This document shows, piece by piece, positions 10,532 to 20,211 of a stretch of DNA of 64,000 nucleotides (its first letter is position 1; each line of letters starts with the position of its first letter). The stretch is from a bacterium (lineage in GTDB: Bacteria > UBA8248): assembly GCA_965213625.1 (NCBI GenBank), contig CBDBZU010000004.1, positions 3,424,001-3,488,000 on the forward strand, read 5' to 3'. The notes beneath the pieces are model-generated. The model saw nothing but the letters and a program-made list of their open reading frames with translations. It did not search any database and had not been told where the DNA came from. Both the position numbers and the translations under genes were made by a program.

Positions 10532-10591
10532 AGCGGGAGGATGATTGGATATTGAAACGGGGGCGTAAAGACTGGCAAATCGGCAGAACTG

Positions 10592-10795
10592 CTAATTTGA
10601 GGTCTTGTTTTCTTCTTCCGCGTCTGATTTTGGGAAAATACCTATCTCTTCCCCGAGACTATAATCTCCCTCGTCCGCTAACTCGAAGGCTTTCACCATC
10701 AGATCGGATTTTTCTATTTGTTCTTTCGTAAGGTCCTGATCTTGCATGAATGGGCCTGGCGTATTCCATCGGTTATACACATCTTCTTTAGCCAT
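10592..10795 (-). CDS. Small paralog A2 (67 aa), unknown function
   Basis: Intact ORF, AGGAG RBS, conserved family motif. Confidence 0.85.
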   Translation of the reverse strand: MAKEDVYNRWNTPGPFMQDQDLTKEQIEKSDLMVKAFELADEGDYSLGEEIGIFPKSDAEEENKTSN

Positions 10796-11116
10796 AATAT
10801 TCTCCTAATCAACTATCTCTAGTATAACACGTTCAGAGAAGCGATAGTCATCAATTTTGTCCTTTGGAACTTTATCAATTTTCAAAACACGGTATTTGGT
10901 TTCAGGACTTAATAAAGATAACTTCATGTTTCTGTTTCGCAACTGAATTACAGCCGGATTCATTCCACACCTCGACCCCGCAATGGAGCGATTGCTTACA
11001 TCTCTCTCCCGAAATTCCCGGTATCCAGCTTCCGTATTCCTGTCTCACCGGCGGATTGGGGAACACGTTGCGGAAAGCTTTTGATTGAGGCCGAAGTTTG
11101 TCGAATACGTCCCGTA

Positions 11117-13120
11117 TCATTCACCTTGTACCTGTGCGGAAAAACCACCCGCCTCCCCGATGACGTCCCTCTCGGGAACTCCGGCATCTCCGTCTGTGAA
11201 GGCTTCGTCGATAGCGGCGAGGAACGGTTCCGCGAAGGCTTCGAGCTTGGCTGCGCCGACTCCGCCTATTTCCGAGAACTCCGCCTCGGTGCGCGGACGC
11301 AGGCGCGCCATCTCAATCAGCGAGCGGTCGTGAAACACGACGTAGGCGGGCACCTTGCGCTCTTTTGCGATTTCGAGCCTGAGCGCCTTGAGGACGCCCA
11401 GAAGCGCGGTTTCGCGTTCACTCAGTTGTTGCTCCGCCGGCCCGTCGCCGCGGTCCCTGGTCTTGGCGGCCCGCGGCGCCACCGTGTCTTTTCGGTAGAT
11501 GAACTCGCCCTCACCGCCTTGCAGCATGCGGCCCTTCTCCGTGATCCCGATCCCCCCGTAGCCCCCGATGTCCAGCCAGAGGAATCCCGCCGCGATCATC
11601 TGGCGGATCAGGGAGCGCCACTCGTTTGCGCTCCGCTCCGCGCCCGCTCCAAAGGCGGGCAGGGAATCGTGCCCGAAACGCTCGACCTTCTCCGACTTCT
11701 TCCCGCGCAGGACGTCGATCAGGTGCGCCGCGCCGAACCGCTCTCCCGAGCGCGAGACCGTCGAGAGAACCTCGAGCGCCTCATCCGTGCCATCGACCCG
11801 CTCGGGCGGCGAGAGGCAGACGTCGCAGTTGCCGCAGGGTCCGATCCCCTCGCCGAAGTAATCGAGCAGCGTCACCCGCCTGCAGGCCGGCGCCTCGCAG
11901 TAGCCGAGAAGCGCGTCGAGCCGCTTGTGCTCCCGCAGCCTTCGCTCCGGGCCCGCGTCTTCTTCCTCGATGAACTGGCGCCGCATCCGGATGTCGGCCA
12001 GCCCGTAGAGCATGTGGGCCTCGGCGGGGCGGCCGTCGCGCCCGGCGCGGCCGATCTCCTGGTAATAGGCTTCCATGCTCCCCGGAAGGTCGGTGTGGAA
12101 GACGTAGCGCACGTCCGCCTTGTCGATACCCATCCCGAACGCGATGGTCGCCACGATGACGACGCCGGGCTCGGTCATGAAGACGTTCTGGTGGTGTTCG
12201 CGAACCGCGGGCTCCATGCCCGCGTGATAGGGAAGCGCGCGGACCCCCTCCGCCGCCAGCATGGCGGCGGCCTCTTCCGTCTTCTTTCTCGAGAGACAGT
12301 AGACGATGCCGCTCCGGTCCTCTCGGCGCGCGACGAAGTCCCCGAGCTGCCGCTTCCAGTTCTGCTTCATCTCGACCGCGAGGGAGATGTTGGGACGGTC
12401 GAAGCCGAGCACGAACTGCCGGACCCGGCCGCCGAAGAGGCGCTCGACGACGTCTTCCCGCGTCACCGCATCGGCGGTCGCCGTAAGCGCTACGAGCGGT
12501 ATCCCGGGAAAGAGGTCAGGCAACCGGCAGAGGTCCGCGTATTCCGGACGGAAGGCCGGCCCCCACTGCGAGATGCAGTGGGCCTCGTCGACGGCGAACA
12601 GCTTGACGGGCAAGCGCTCGAGCGCCTCGAGCATGCGCCCGGTCATCAGCCGCTCGGGCGACATGTAGAGGAGACGGACCCGGCCCTCGGCCACGCGCCG
12701 CCAGGCGGCGACGTTCTCCGCCCGGCGGTTGCCGGAATGGATGCCCTCCGCCGCGACGCCCGCGAGCCCGAGCGCCGCCACCTGATCCCGCATCAGCGCC
12801 ACCAATGGCGAGACGACCACCGTCAGTCCGCCCGTGACGAGCGCAGGGATCTGGAAGCAAAGCGACTTGCCCGATCCCGTCGGCATCACGGCGAGCGCGC
12901 TGTGTCCTTCGAGCAGCGTCCCGATCACGGCCTCCTGGCCCGGTCGGAACCCGCTGAAACCGAACGTATCGGCAAGGACCCCACGCGCGACGGCCATCGG
13001 CCCGCTCACCGGGGGATCGCCAAAGGGATTCGTGTCGGCTCTCAGGATGCCGGCCGAACCCTGCGGGTGATTTTCAGAGGAGGAACAAGGAAAATTCGAA
13101 AACGGTTCGCTCGGGTCCAA
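11117..13120 (-). CDS. recQ: ATP-dependent DNA helicase RecQ (true start may be ATG 12997)
   Basis: MPTGSGKSLCFQIPAL, VDEAHCISQWG, ATIAFGMGIDK, QEIGRAGRDG, RQC Zn Cys cluster, HRDC VPAYVVFHD. Confidence 0.96.
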   Translation of the reverse strand: MDPSEPFSNFPCSSSENHPQGSAGILRADTNPFGDPPVSGPMAVARGVLADTFGFSGFRPGQEAVIGTLLEGHSALAVMPTGSGKSLCFQIPALVTGGLTVVVSPLVALMRDQVAALGLAGVAAEGIHSGNRRAENVAAWRRVAEGRVRLLYMSPERLMTGRMLEALERLPVKLFAVDEAHCISQWGPAFRPEYADLCRLPDLFPGIPLVALTATADAVTREDVVERLFGGRVRQFVLGFDRPNISLAVEMKQNWKRQLGDFVARREDRSGIVYCLSRKKTEEAAAMLAAEGVRALPYHAGMEPAVREHHQNVFMTEPGVVIVATIAFGMGIDKADVRYVFHTDLPGSMEAYYQEIGRAGRDGRPAEAHMLYGLADIRMRRQFIEEEDAGPERRLREHKRLDALLGYCEAPACRRVTLLDYFGEGIGPCGNCDVCLSPPERVDGTDEALEVLSTVSRSGERFGAAHLIDVLRGKKSEKVERFGHDSLPAFGAGAERSANEWRSLIRQMIAAGFLWLDIGGYGGIGITEKGRMLQGGEGEFIYRKDTVAPRAAKTRDRGDGPAEQQLSERETALLGVLKALRLEIAKERKVPAYVVFHDRSLIEMARLRPRTEAEFSEIGGVGAAKLEAFAEPFLAAIDEAFTDGDAGVPERDVIGEAGGFSAQVQGE

Positions 13121-13217
13121 TTCGTTCGTCTCTACAGGCGGTTCGCGTTCATTCGGGCGGGCGGGATGAATATACGGCTTCGCCGGAGACAGGGCAAAGG
13201 CGAATGCGGACGCCTCC

Positions 13218-13331
13218 CCTCACACTCTGCGCACGACCCAGAGCGCCTTGCCGAGGAAGTGAACGTCATCGGCCAGGCGCGTATAGGGCGGATAATCGGG
13301 GTTTTCCGATACGAGGCGGAGGCGGCGTGGA
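13218..13331. repeat. 114-bp direct repeat of the 3' end of the S24 repressor gene (other copy 20210-20323)
   Basis: Identical from CCTCACACTCTGCG to GGCGGCGTGGA at an offset of 6992 bp. Confidence 0.95.
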
Positions 13332-13339
13332 CCATCGCC

Positions 13340-13855
13340 TTCGCCTCGAGGGCGACGCGCTCCATGGCTCCTCGTCATCCTCATCCAGCGGCAGTCGCAG
13401 ACCGACGACTCGGCCCCCCTCGCCGGCCGCGTCCACGATTGCCTTGGCTTCCGCAGGTGTCAGGCGGCGGAGCGAGGAGAGAAACGCCCATTGGTCCTGA
13501 TATGGCGCAAAATCCTCGCCCAGGAACACGCTGTTGCCGCGCTTACGCGGACCGCCCTGTAAGGGCAGCGCGATGAGGTTCCCGAAACCGCCCTCGGGCA
13601 GGGTGTCCTGGCTTGGAAAAAGCCGGTCGTAGGACGAAAACCCGATATCAGGGTTGTTCTTCATCGCTTCGGTCAGGAGATGGGAGCCGAGCCGGCGGGC
13701 TAGCGGCGCGGGAACGGGTTCGGTGAAGAGTATCCAGACATGCCCGGCGTTTCCCGAACGCGATCGCTCAAGCGCCGCAGGAACCCCCTTCGAGCAACAG
13801 GCGGCCAGGAACGCGCCCGCATCTCTTTTCCAGGTCGCCTTGTCGAAATCGACGG
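13340..13855 (-). pseudogene. Internal fragment of a TOTE-type archaeo-eukaryotic primase/helicase gene
   Basis: VDFDK...ERSRSGNAGHVWILF...SYDRLFPSQDTLPEGGFGNLIALPLQG; no proper start; runs into the repressor repeat. Confidence 0.75.
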
Positions 13856-13906
13856 TGAGATGCTTTTCCTTTACGGAATACGTATCAGGAGTTATGGTTG
13901 GTGGGT

Positions 13907-14097
13907 ATGATACGAAGTTTCAAGGATCGACGGACTCGGCGTTTTTTCGAGAGGCGGCGTATCGCGGCGTTCGAGAGTTTTTGATCAGGCGGAGCGGCGA
14001 TTGAAATTGCTGGACAACGTGGAGACGCTTCTCGACCTCGCCGCGTTGCCGGGGAATCGCCTTGGAACACTTCGTGGAAATCGTTGATTATCACTGA
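13907..14097 (+). pseudogene. higB: HigB (RelE-family) toxin remnant
   Basis: MIRSFKDRRTRRFFE..., then a frameshift, LxALPGNRL, an internal deletion, and terminal VEIVDYH*. Confidence 0.8.
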
Positions 14098-14108
14098 GGG
14101 AGTTCGAC

Positions 14109-14441
14109 ATGAACGCAAAGAACGGTATGAGGCCGATGCAGCCCGGAGAAATCCTGCGCGATGAACTCGACGAGCTCGGCCTGTCGGCCAATGCGCTCTC
14201 GAGGGCGCTGGGCGTGCCGGTGAACCGGGTGACGATGATCCTGAACGGCCAGCGGGGCGTGAGCGCGGATACGGCGTTGCGTCTGGCGCGGTATTTCGGG
14301 ACGACTCCGCAGCTGTGGCTGAATCTGCAAAAGACATGGGAACTCCGCCGGGCGGAGATAGCGGTGGGAGGCGAGATCGTGAAGCGCGTAACGCCCCGGC
14401 AACCGACGGCACGAGGAGCACTGGCCGATGCCCGTTCCTGA
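14109..14441 (+). CDS. higA: HigA antitoxin (HTH)
   Basis: PGEIL...LGVPVNRVTMILNGQRGVSADTALRLARYFGTTPQLWLNLQ. Confidence 0.92.
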   Translation: MNAKNGMRPMQPGEILRDELDELGLSANALSRALGVPVNRVTMILNGQRGVSADTALRLARYFGTTPQLWLNLQKTWELRRAEIAVGGEIVKRVTPRQPTARGALADARS

Positions 14442-15369
14442 TTTTCAGTCGCTCATGCTCCCGACCCTCAAGGCGCTTGTCTCCGGTGCGGAATTGCCGC
14501 TCACGGTAGTCCGCGAGTGTGTTGCCGTTGCCGAGGGACTCTCTGATGAAGATTTACGGGAAGTGCTTCCGAGCGGTCGGCAGAAAGTGTTCGTGAACCG
14601 CGTGAGTTGGGCCATGCTAGGCATGGAGCGAGCCGGTCTGGTGGAAAGAGTCCGCCGCGCCGTCTATCGGATTACGCCTGAAGGCCGACGGCTACTGTCT
14701 CGAAACGTTGTTCGGATCGACCTGAAATTGCTCCGCGAATTTCCGGCCTACGTCGAGTACTATGTTGAAAGGCGGAGTCGGAGGCGTCGGCAATCGCCAC
14801 ATGTCGAACTCACAGAGCCGCAAGAGAACGAATCCGGGGAGACGCCCGAGGAAATACTCGAACATGCTGCCGGGGAACTTCGCACCGCTCTGGAAGTTGA
14901 GGTTCTGGCCCGGGTTCGCGCAGCCGCACCGGCGTTTCTTGAGCGTGTAGTCGTTGACTTGCTGATCGCGATGGGTTACGGCGGCGGTGACGCCGCGAAT
15001 GGTCGTGTGACCGGACGCTCAGGCGACAGCGGAATCGACGGCAAGATCCGGGAGGACACGCTCGGGCTGGATGAAGTCTACTTGCAGGCGAAGAAATACG
15101 CCGACGGAAACACCGTGGGAGAAGGCGATTTGCGCAACTTCGCCGGCGCAATCGACGCGGCGGGCACGACCAAGGGTGTGTTCGTCACCACCTCCGGATT
15201 CACGCAAGCCGCGAAAAATTATGTGGCTCTTAGCCCGAAGCGGATTGTTCTGATTGACGGTGAGGAGTTGGCGCGACTCATGGTCCGGCACGGGATCGGC
15301 GTGCGTACGCGTATCACTTTCGAGTTAAAGCGGATTGACGAAGACTATTTCGAGTCGGAAGAGTTGTAG
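14428..15369 (+). CDS. mrr: Mrr type IV restriction endonuclease
   Basis: Mrr N-terminus MPVPDFQSLMLPTL...NRVSWA; catalytic DSGIDG...YLQAKKY...GVFVTTS...LIDGEEL. Confidence 0.95.
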   Translation: MPVPDFQSLMLPTLKALVSGAELPLTVVRECVAVAEGLSDEDLREVLPSGRQKVFVNRVSWAMLGMERAGLVERVRRAVYRITPEGRRLLSRNVVRIDLKLLREFPAYVEYYVERRSRRRRQSPHVELTEPQENESGETPEEILEHAAGELRTALEVEVLARVRAAAPAFLERVVVDLLIAMGYGGGDAANGRVTGRSGDSGIDGKIREDTLGLDEVYLQAKKYADGNTVGEGDLRNFAGAIDAAGTTKGVFVTTSGFTQAAKNYVALSPKRIVLIDGEELARLMVRHGIGVRTRITFELKRIDEDYFESEEL

Positions 15370-15372
15370 GAC

Positions 15373-16785
15373 ATGCGCCTTTCCTGGAACGAGATTCGTG
15401 AACGCGCCGCCGTCTTTGCCAAGGAGTGGAAAGACGCAGATGATGAAAAAAAGGAACACAGAGTTTCTGCGACGAGTTCTTCTGGGTTTTCGGCGTCCGG
15501 CGTCGCTCGTTGGCGAGCTACAAAAAACACGCCAAGAAGCTGAACGACCGCTGGGACTTAATCGATCTTTTCTGGCCCGGCGTCCTCATCGTTGAGCAGA
15601 AACGCGCGGGGATCAATCTCGGAAAAAGCCTGTGTACAAGCTGGAGAATACGAGAATACTTCGACGAACTGCTTGAACGAGATCGCCCATGTTTCGTTAT
15701 GGTGAGTGACTTCAAAACCTTCGAGCTTCACGCTCCTGATGAGAGGACAGTTGTGAAGTTCGCGCTAGCGGAATTGCCCGCGCATGTGGAGCCGTTCGGT
15801 TTCATTCGTGGCTTATAGCGCCTGACCTTCCGTGATCACCGCCGAGCTCCTCGCACGGCTGCACTACGCGCTTGTGGAAGCGGGTACAAGGGACACGATT
15901 AGGAGCGCTTTCTCGTGCGCGTCGAGTTTTGCAAGTTCGCCGACGATACCGGGTTGTTTGAACCGCGCGACTTTTCCTCGATTTCATTGAGACGCGGGCC
16001 AGCGAAGACGGCTCCGGTCTCGGCCCATGGCTGGCGTAACTGTTCGAAGTGCTCGAGACTCCGGAGAATGAGTGCGCTGTGATTCTTGACGAGGACTTCG
16101 CCCAGTTCCCCTACGTCAACGGTGCTCTGTTCAAGGGGCATCTTAGGACGTTCTCGTTCGACACGGTGATGCGCAGGGCACTGCTGGACGCATGTCGGTT
16201 CGACTGGTCGAAACTTTCGCCCGTAATCTTCAGTGCGTTGTTCCAGTCGGTGATGGGCCCTGCGGAGCGCCGCCCCCAGGGCGCGCACTACACGACCGAG
16301 AAAACATCCTCAAAATGATCGAGCTACTGTTTATGAACGCCTTGCGGGTTCGAGAGAATGCGAGGGCGGCGAGGCCGGGGCCGCCTCGCGGCGCTCTGAC
16401 AGTTTTCAAGCGAAGCTCGGCGGCCTGACGTTTTTCGACCTGGCTTGCAGTTGCGGAAACTTTCTCATCATCGCCTAACGGGAATTGCGGATGCTCGAAA
16501 TCGAGGTCATCCGGGACATACGGGACTCCACCGCCTCGACGGCGTAAAACTGTCCTTGATACTGCTTGGAAGTCGGTAGTGGACGTGGACCAGCTCTACG
16601 GAATCGAGCTTGGCGAATTCCCCGCCAGGATCGCAAAGACAACACCTTGGATGATGGGTCACATCATGTGCAATCGGATGAGCCTGGAGTTCGGGCGGAG
16701 CTACGCGCGTATTCCGCTGGCGAAGTCGCCCCATGTCGTCCACGAGGACGCGCTGACAACGCACTGGTCTGAATTGCTACCGCCT
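15373..16785 (+). pseudogene. MmeI-like (type IIL) restriction-methyltransferase, multiply frameshifted and 3'-truncated
   Basis: MRLSWNEIRERA start, IDLFWPGVLIVEQK, FPYVNGALF, GAHYTTE, degenerate D.ACSCGNFL, VDQLYGIE, spread across frames. Confidence 0.85.
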
Positions 16786-17059
16786 CTTTGCCCTTCAGGT
16801 CCATGAAGAACCACGGTGCGACCAGGAATACGCCCGAAGCGCCGAGGATGAGGTTCTTGTTCGTCTTGTTCGTTCGTTCGGTCGTCTTTTTGGCGATTTC
16901 ATTCTTGTTGGCCTTGAGTTCCGCCTTGAGCGAGGCGCAGTCGCGCTTCTCATCGGCAGGCGTGTAGCGCGCCACCGGATTCGGTCCCGAACCAGCGCAC
17001 CCGGATAAGAAAAACATGAACGCCGTTGCCGCGCAGATCCGCTTCTTCATGAGACGCAC
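16770..17059 (-). pseudogene. Small lipoprotein, 3'-truncated against the mmeI remnant
   Basis: Lipobox FLSGC and a hydrophobic C-terminal segment; the tail reads into antisense mmeI sequence. Confidence 0.55.
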
Positions 17060-17101
17060 CTCGTAGATGAACCCGAATGATTTTCCGTGAACGGCGCGGA
17101 C

Positions 17102-17590
17102 CTAGTTGACGATTTTCCAGCTACCGTCGGGTTGTCGGCAGGCGCGGCCATAGGCGCGTTCGGTCTTGCCGCCCACCGTGATGGTCTGCTGGAACTCGCG
17201 GCAATAACGGGAGGTCGAGCCTCTCTGTACCCGGTAGGTGCGCCTGGGCGTAATGGTGCCCCGGTTGCCCGTGTCGGGGTTCACCCACGTGCTGGCCACG
17301 TTCGTCTTGCCGCGCTCGAGCGATTTTTGCGTGCTTCGCGACATCAGCAGGCGGTCGCGCTCGTCGAGCTGCCGTCCGATGGAGCTGCCTACGAGGGTGC
17401 CGAGAACAGCGCCCGTGAAGGTTGCTACACTGCGGCCCCGGCCCTTGCCGAGCTTCGACCCGATGAGACCGCCCGCGATTCCGCCGATGATCGCTCCGCC
17501 GGTCTGCTTGTCCATGGTTCCATCGGCGCGGCATCCGGCGAGCCCCAGGCTGAAAATGGCTACGAGGACGGTGGCGGTCAGTTTTTTCAT
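17102..17590 (-). CDS. 17-kDa surface antigen family lipoprotein (glycine zipper)
   Basis: Lipobox LAGC, GAIIGGIAGGLIG zipper, WVNPDTGNRG, YCREFQQTI, ACRQPDGSW. Confidence 0.9.
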   Translation of the reverse strand: MKKLTATVLVAIFSLGLAGCRADGTMDKQTGGAIIGGIAGGLIGSKLGKGRGRSVATFTGAVLGTLVGSSIGRQLDERDRLLMSRSTQKSLERGKTNVASTWVNPDTGNRGTITPRRTYRVQRGSTSRYCREFQQTITVGGKTERAYGRACRQPDGSWKIVN

Positions 17591-17689
17591 GATTCATCTC
17601 CTGTGTATGGCGGCATGCGCAGCGTCGCGCATTATACCAAAACGACCTTGGGCGACACGCATTTTATCATCCCTCACCCGCCGCTTGAA

Positions 17690-18830
17690 GGGTCTGTTGA
17701 AAAACCCCGTTTTTGAAGCCGGGTGTTCTGGCGGTTCACGCGGTGGCGGGGAGGGAGCTTAATCGGCGCGCGAGGGCGCGATGTGCGCGCAGACGGCGTC
17801 TCCGGGCGGCACAGGCCCTCCAGAGGACGAATATACGCGCCGCAAAAGCGGCGGCCAGCCGCTTTAGGTTCACCGCAATCGCCGTCAGATAGGACTGGAT
17901 CCGCACGTTCTCCAGTCCCTGGCGCACCGCCCACCCCAGTCCGTGCCAACTCTTCGCTTCGCCGTGGTAGCCTTCGGAGCAAAACATGTGCCGGCGCCAC
18001 AGCAGGCGCTCCTCCTCCCCCCACCGCGCATGCCGCCGGCGCGCACGCAACAGCGCCAGATACGCGTTGGGAATCAAAACCTCCTTGCTCGACCGCGCCT
18101 GCGGCAGACAATCCGCCCTGAGCGCGCAGCCCGCGCGATCACGCGTCCTCGAACCATAGTAGCGCCCCCGCTCCTCGCTCCGCCGGGGGCGCAGTTTCTT
18201 GCCGCGCGGACACTTCACCAAGTCGTGGCGCGCGTCGTAGCGGAACCGGCGCAACGGAACACGGCTCTGCGTGGGTTCTTTCTTCGCCGGGATGAGCGCG
18301 GACACGCCCCGACCCTCCAACGCCGCGTAGACCTTCGAGTACGCATACCCCGAATCCGCCGTCACCAACTCCGGCGCGCGGCCCGACAACTCGCTTACCG
18401 CCTCTATATGGGACGCCATCATCTCCCGCTCGTTCCGCGTCCCCTCCGTCACCGACACGTCGAGAACAACACCCCGCTCATCGTCCACCGCCGCGTGGTG
18501 CTTGTAGCTCGGCTCGAACCTCGCCCGCGCGCTCTTGCGCGCAAGCCGCGCGTCGGGGTCCGTCCGGCTCACCGAACCCCCGCCGCCGCGGCCTCCGCCC
18601 TTCTTCCCGCTCTTCTCCTCCACGGTATTCTCCCGAATCACCTTCTCCGCATGATGCGCCGCCAGACTATCCCAGCTTACATCCGCGCGTATCAGGGAAG
18701 CGTCCACGTGAACCACTTCCCGCTTCGCCACATTCGCCTCCAGGCACGCCTGCACCGTCCGGCGGAATATCGCCGGAACCGAGCCTCCCCCCAGCGCTGG
18801 CGGATCCGCGTCAGGCTCGAATGGTCCGGC
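17690..18830 (-). mobile_element. IS1182-family element remnant (5'-truncated, frameshifted transposase; one terminal IR)
   Basis: PDHSSLTRIRQRWG, HVDASLIRADVS, TDPDA, ADSGY, NLKRL; terminal GGTCTGTTGAAAAAC near 17691. Confidence 0.85.
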
Positions 18831-19230
18831 CGATGGCGAGACAACTGGTGGTGAAGGCTGCCCGGAGACTGCGCCGGGAGGGGTTTCTTGCCCGCAGGCT
18901 CACGCTCTCGGCCGATTACCTCGACGCCTCCTCCTGGACGCCCTCTCGACGCTGTGGACGGTGCTCGCAGGCGCCCGGCGCCGGGCCGCGCTGTTCCGGG
19001 TCGCCGTGTCGTTCGACCGCCTCGTCCCTACGGATGAGGCGCAGTTCGAACTGCCTTTTGAAAAGGCGGACAAGCGGCGCCGGCTGAATAGGCTGAACGC
19101 CGCCGTCGACACGATCAATAGCCGCTACGCGCGCACCCTCGTCGGTTACGGCGGGTGCGCCCCTCCGGGCGGCTACGCGGGGGCCAAGATCGCCTACGGC
19201 CGCATTCCCAGGCTTGAGGATTTCCGGTAA
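18831..19230 (+). pseudogene. C-terminal fragment of a Y-family (UmuC/ImpB-like) DNA polymerase
   Basis: KAARRLRREGFLARRLTL...AVDTINSRY...KIAYGRIP, across a frameshift. Confidence 0.7.
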
Positions 19231-19481
19231 TGGCGCTTCTTTTGGGTGATTACGCCGGGGGAGACTGGTATTTCATCGTGGCGTGCGAGGCCTGCGGCTG
19301 GGAGAAGATATTAGAACCCGCCGAACTCCTGGCCCGGTCGGGAACGGGAAAAGTGCACCCCGGAATGCGTGCGGAAGACCTCGAACCCCTCCTGCGCTGC
19401 CGGGAATGCCACTCGAAGAGGGCGCGTCTCGAGCCGATCACCAGAACGCGCAGGCAGGGCTTCGTCGGCGGGATGATCTGA
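19230..19481 (+). CDS. Small zinc-ribbon protein
   Basis: CEAC...CREC; overlaps the polymerase stop (TAATG). Confidence 0.65.
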   Translation: MALLLGDYAGGDWYFIVACEACGWEKILEPAELLARSGTGKVHPGMRAEDLEPLLRCRECHSKRARLEPITRTRRQGFVGGMI

Positions 19482-20211
19482 TGTTGTGGAAAGGATATGT
19501 CTTCGATGATTGAACAGAACGATCGTTTCGGGATTGAAAGCAGACAACCGGTGAACCAGAACTGGCTAGGACCGAGGTGCGTAATTTACGGCCCGGGAGA
19601 ATACAATACCCAGGAGCACCTGATCGCCGAATACCTTGCGGGAAGCTCGCTGCGAAATTTCATGGGCCGGTCAACAAGGGGGTAATGAAGGGTGATAATT
19701 TTGACATGGACAGCAACGCTATGAACCGGCCGGCTCATTACACCCATAGTGTGATGTTGTCGAGAGGGCCCGTCCACCCCGTCGGTTACCCGACATCCGT
19801 CCGACCCGGAGTGCCTTGCCGAGGACGTGGACATCATCTGCCAGACACGATCAGGGCGGATAGCCAGGGTTTTCGGAGATGGGCGGATATTTCATGGCCC
19901 TTCGCCGGGAACACGGCAGATCGGAAATTGCGCGGTTATCGTTATATGGTTAAATCTACAAAAAATGAAACCCGGTTCTGGTTCCACGGACTGTGCAACA
20001 CCATTATCACGGCGGCGGAACACTTTATGAACCATATTTTTGGCAGGCGAGATAAATGATGCGCGAATTACATTCTCTCTCCACCTGATACTTCACGTTA
20101 CATTACATTTTGATCAATTTGCTCAAGCGAATCCCCGAACCGAATTCGGGCTGATGCATTTTTAGCAGATTCTGCGATAATCCGTATCCGGACACCCTTG
20201 AGTTTTTCTCC

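Larger units (their letters stand above)
7790..10990 (-). repeat. Tandem array of 4 units (upstream-gene 3' tip + 66-67 aa ORF + 60 bp linker + portal 5' fragment), arranged as two ~1.65 kb super-units
   Basis: Portal ATGs at 8343, 8884, 9992 and 10531; small-ORF starts at 8604, 9145, 10253 and 10795 (period 1647-1650 bp). Each linker is exactly 60 bp. Markedly more AT-rich than the flanks. Confidence 0.92.

Noticed and set aside
8344-10591. Four 60-bp linkers containing ATTGAAAC, resembling CRISPR repeat ends
   Set aside because: Spacing is 0.5-1.1 kb, there is no repeat hairpin, and the linkers are part of larger duplicated units. They do not resemble the I-G repeat.
7790-10990. Diversity-generating retroelement as the source of small-ORF variation
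   Set aside because: No reverse transcriptase in the window, no invariant template copy, and the differences include non-adenine changes, an indel and block mosaicism.
7790-10990. Prophage
   Set aside because: Only portal 5' fragments are present; there is no terminase, capsid, tail, integrase or lysis gene.
11081-13576. 831-aa plus-strand ORF and many similar long overlapping ORFs
   Set aside because: Antisense or alternate-frame shadows of real GC-rich genes (here recQ), with no recognisable motifs.
19497-20100. Lower-GC ORFs of 62 and 160 aa
   Set aside because: No recognisable motifs and an uncertain frame; probably a broken foreign gene.
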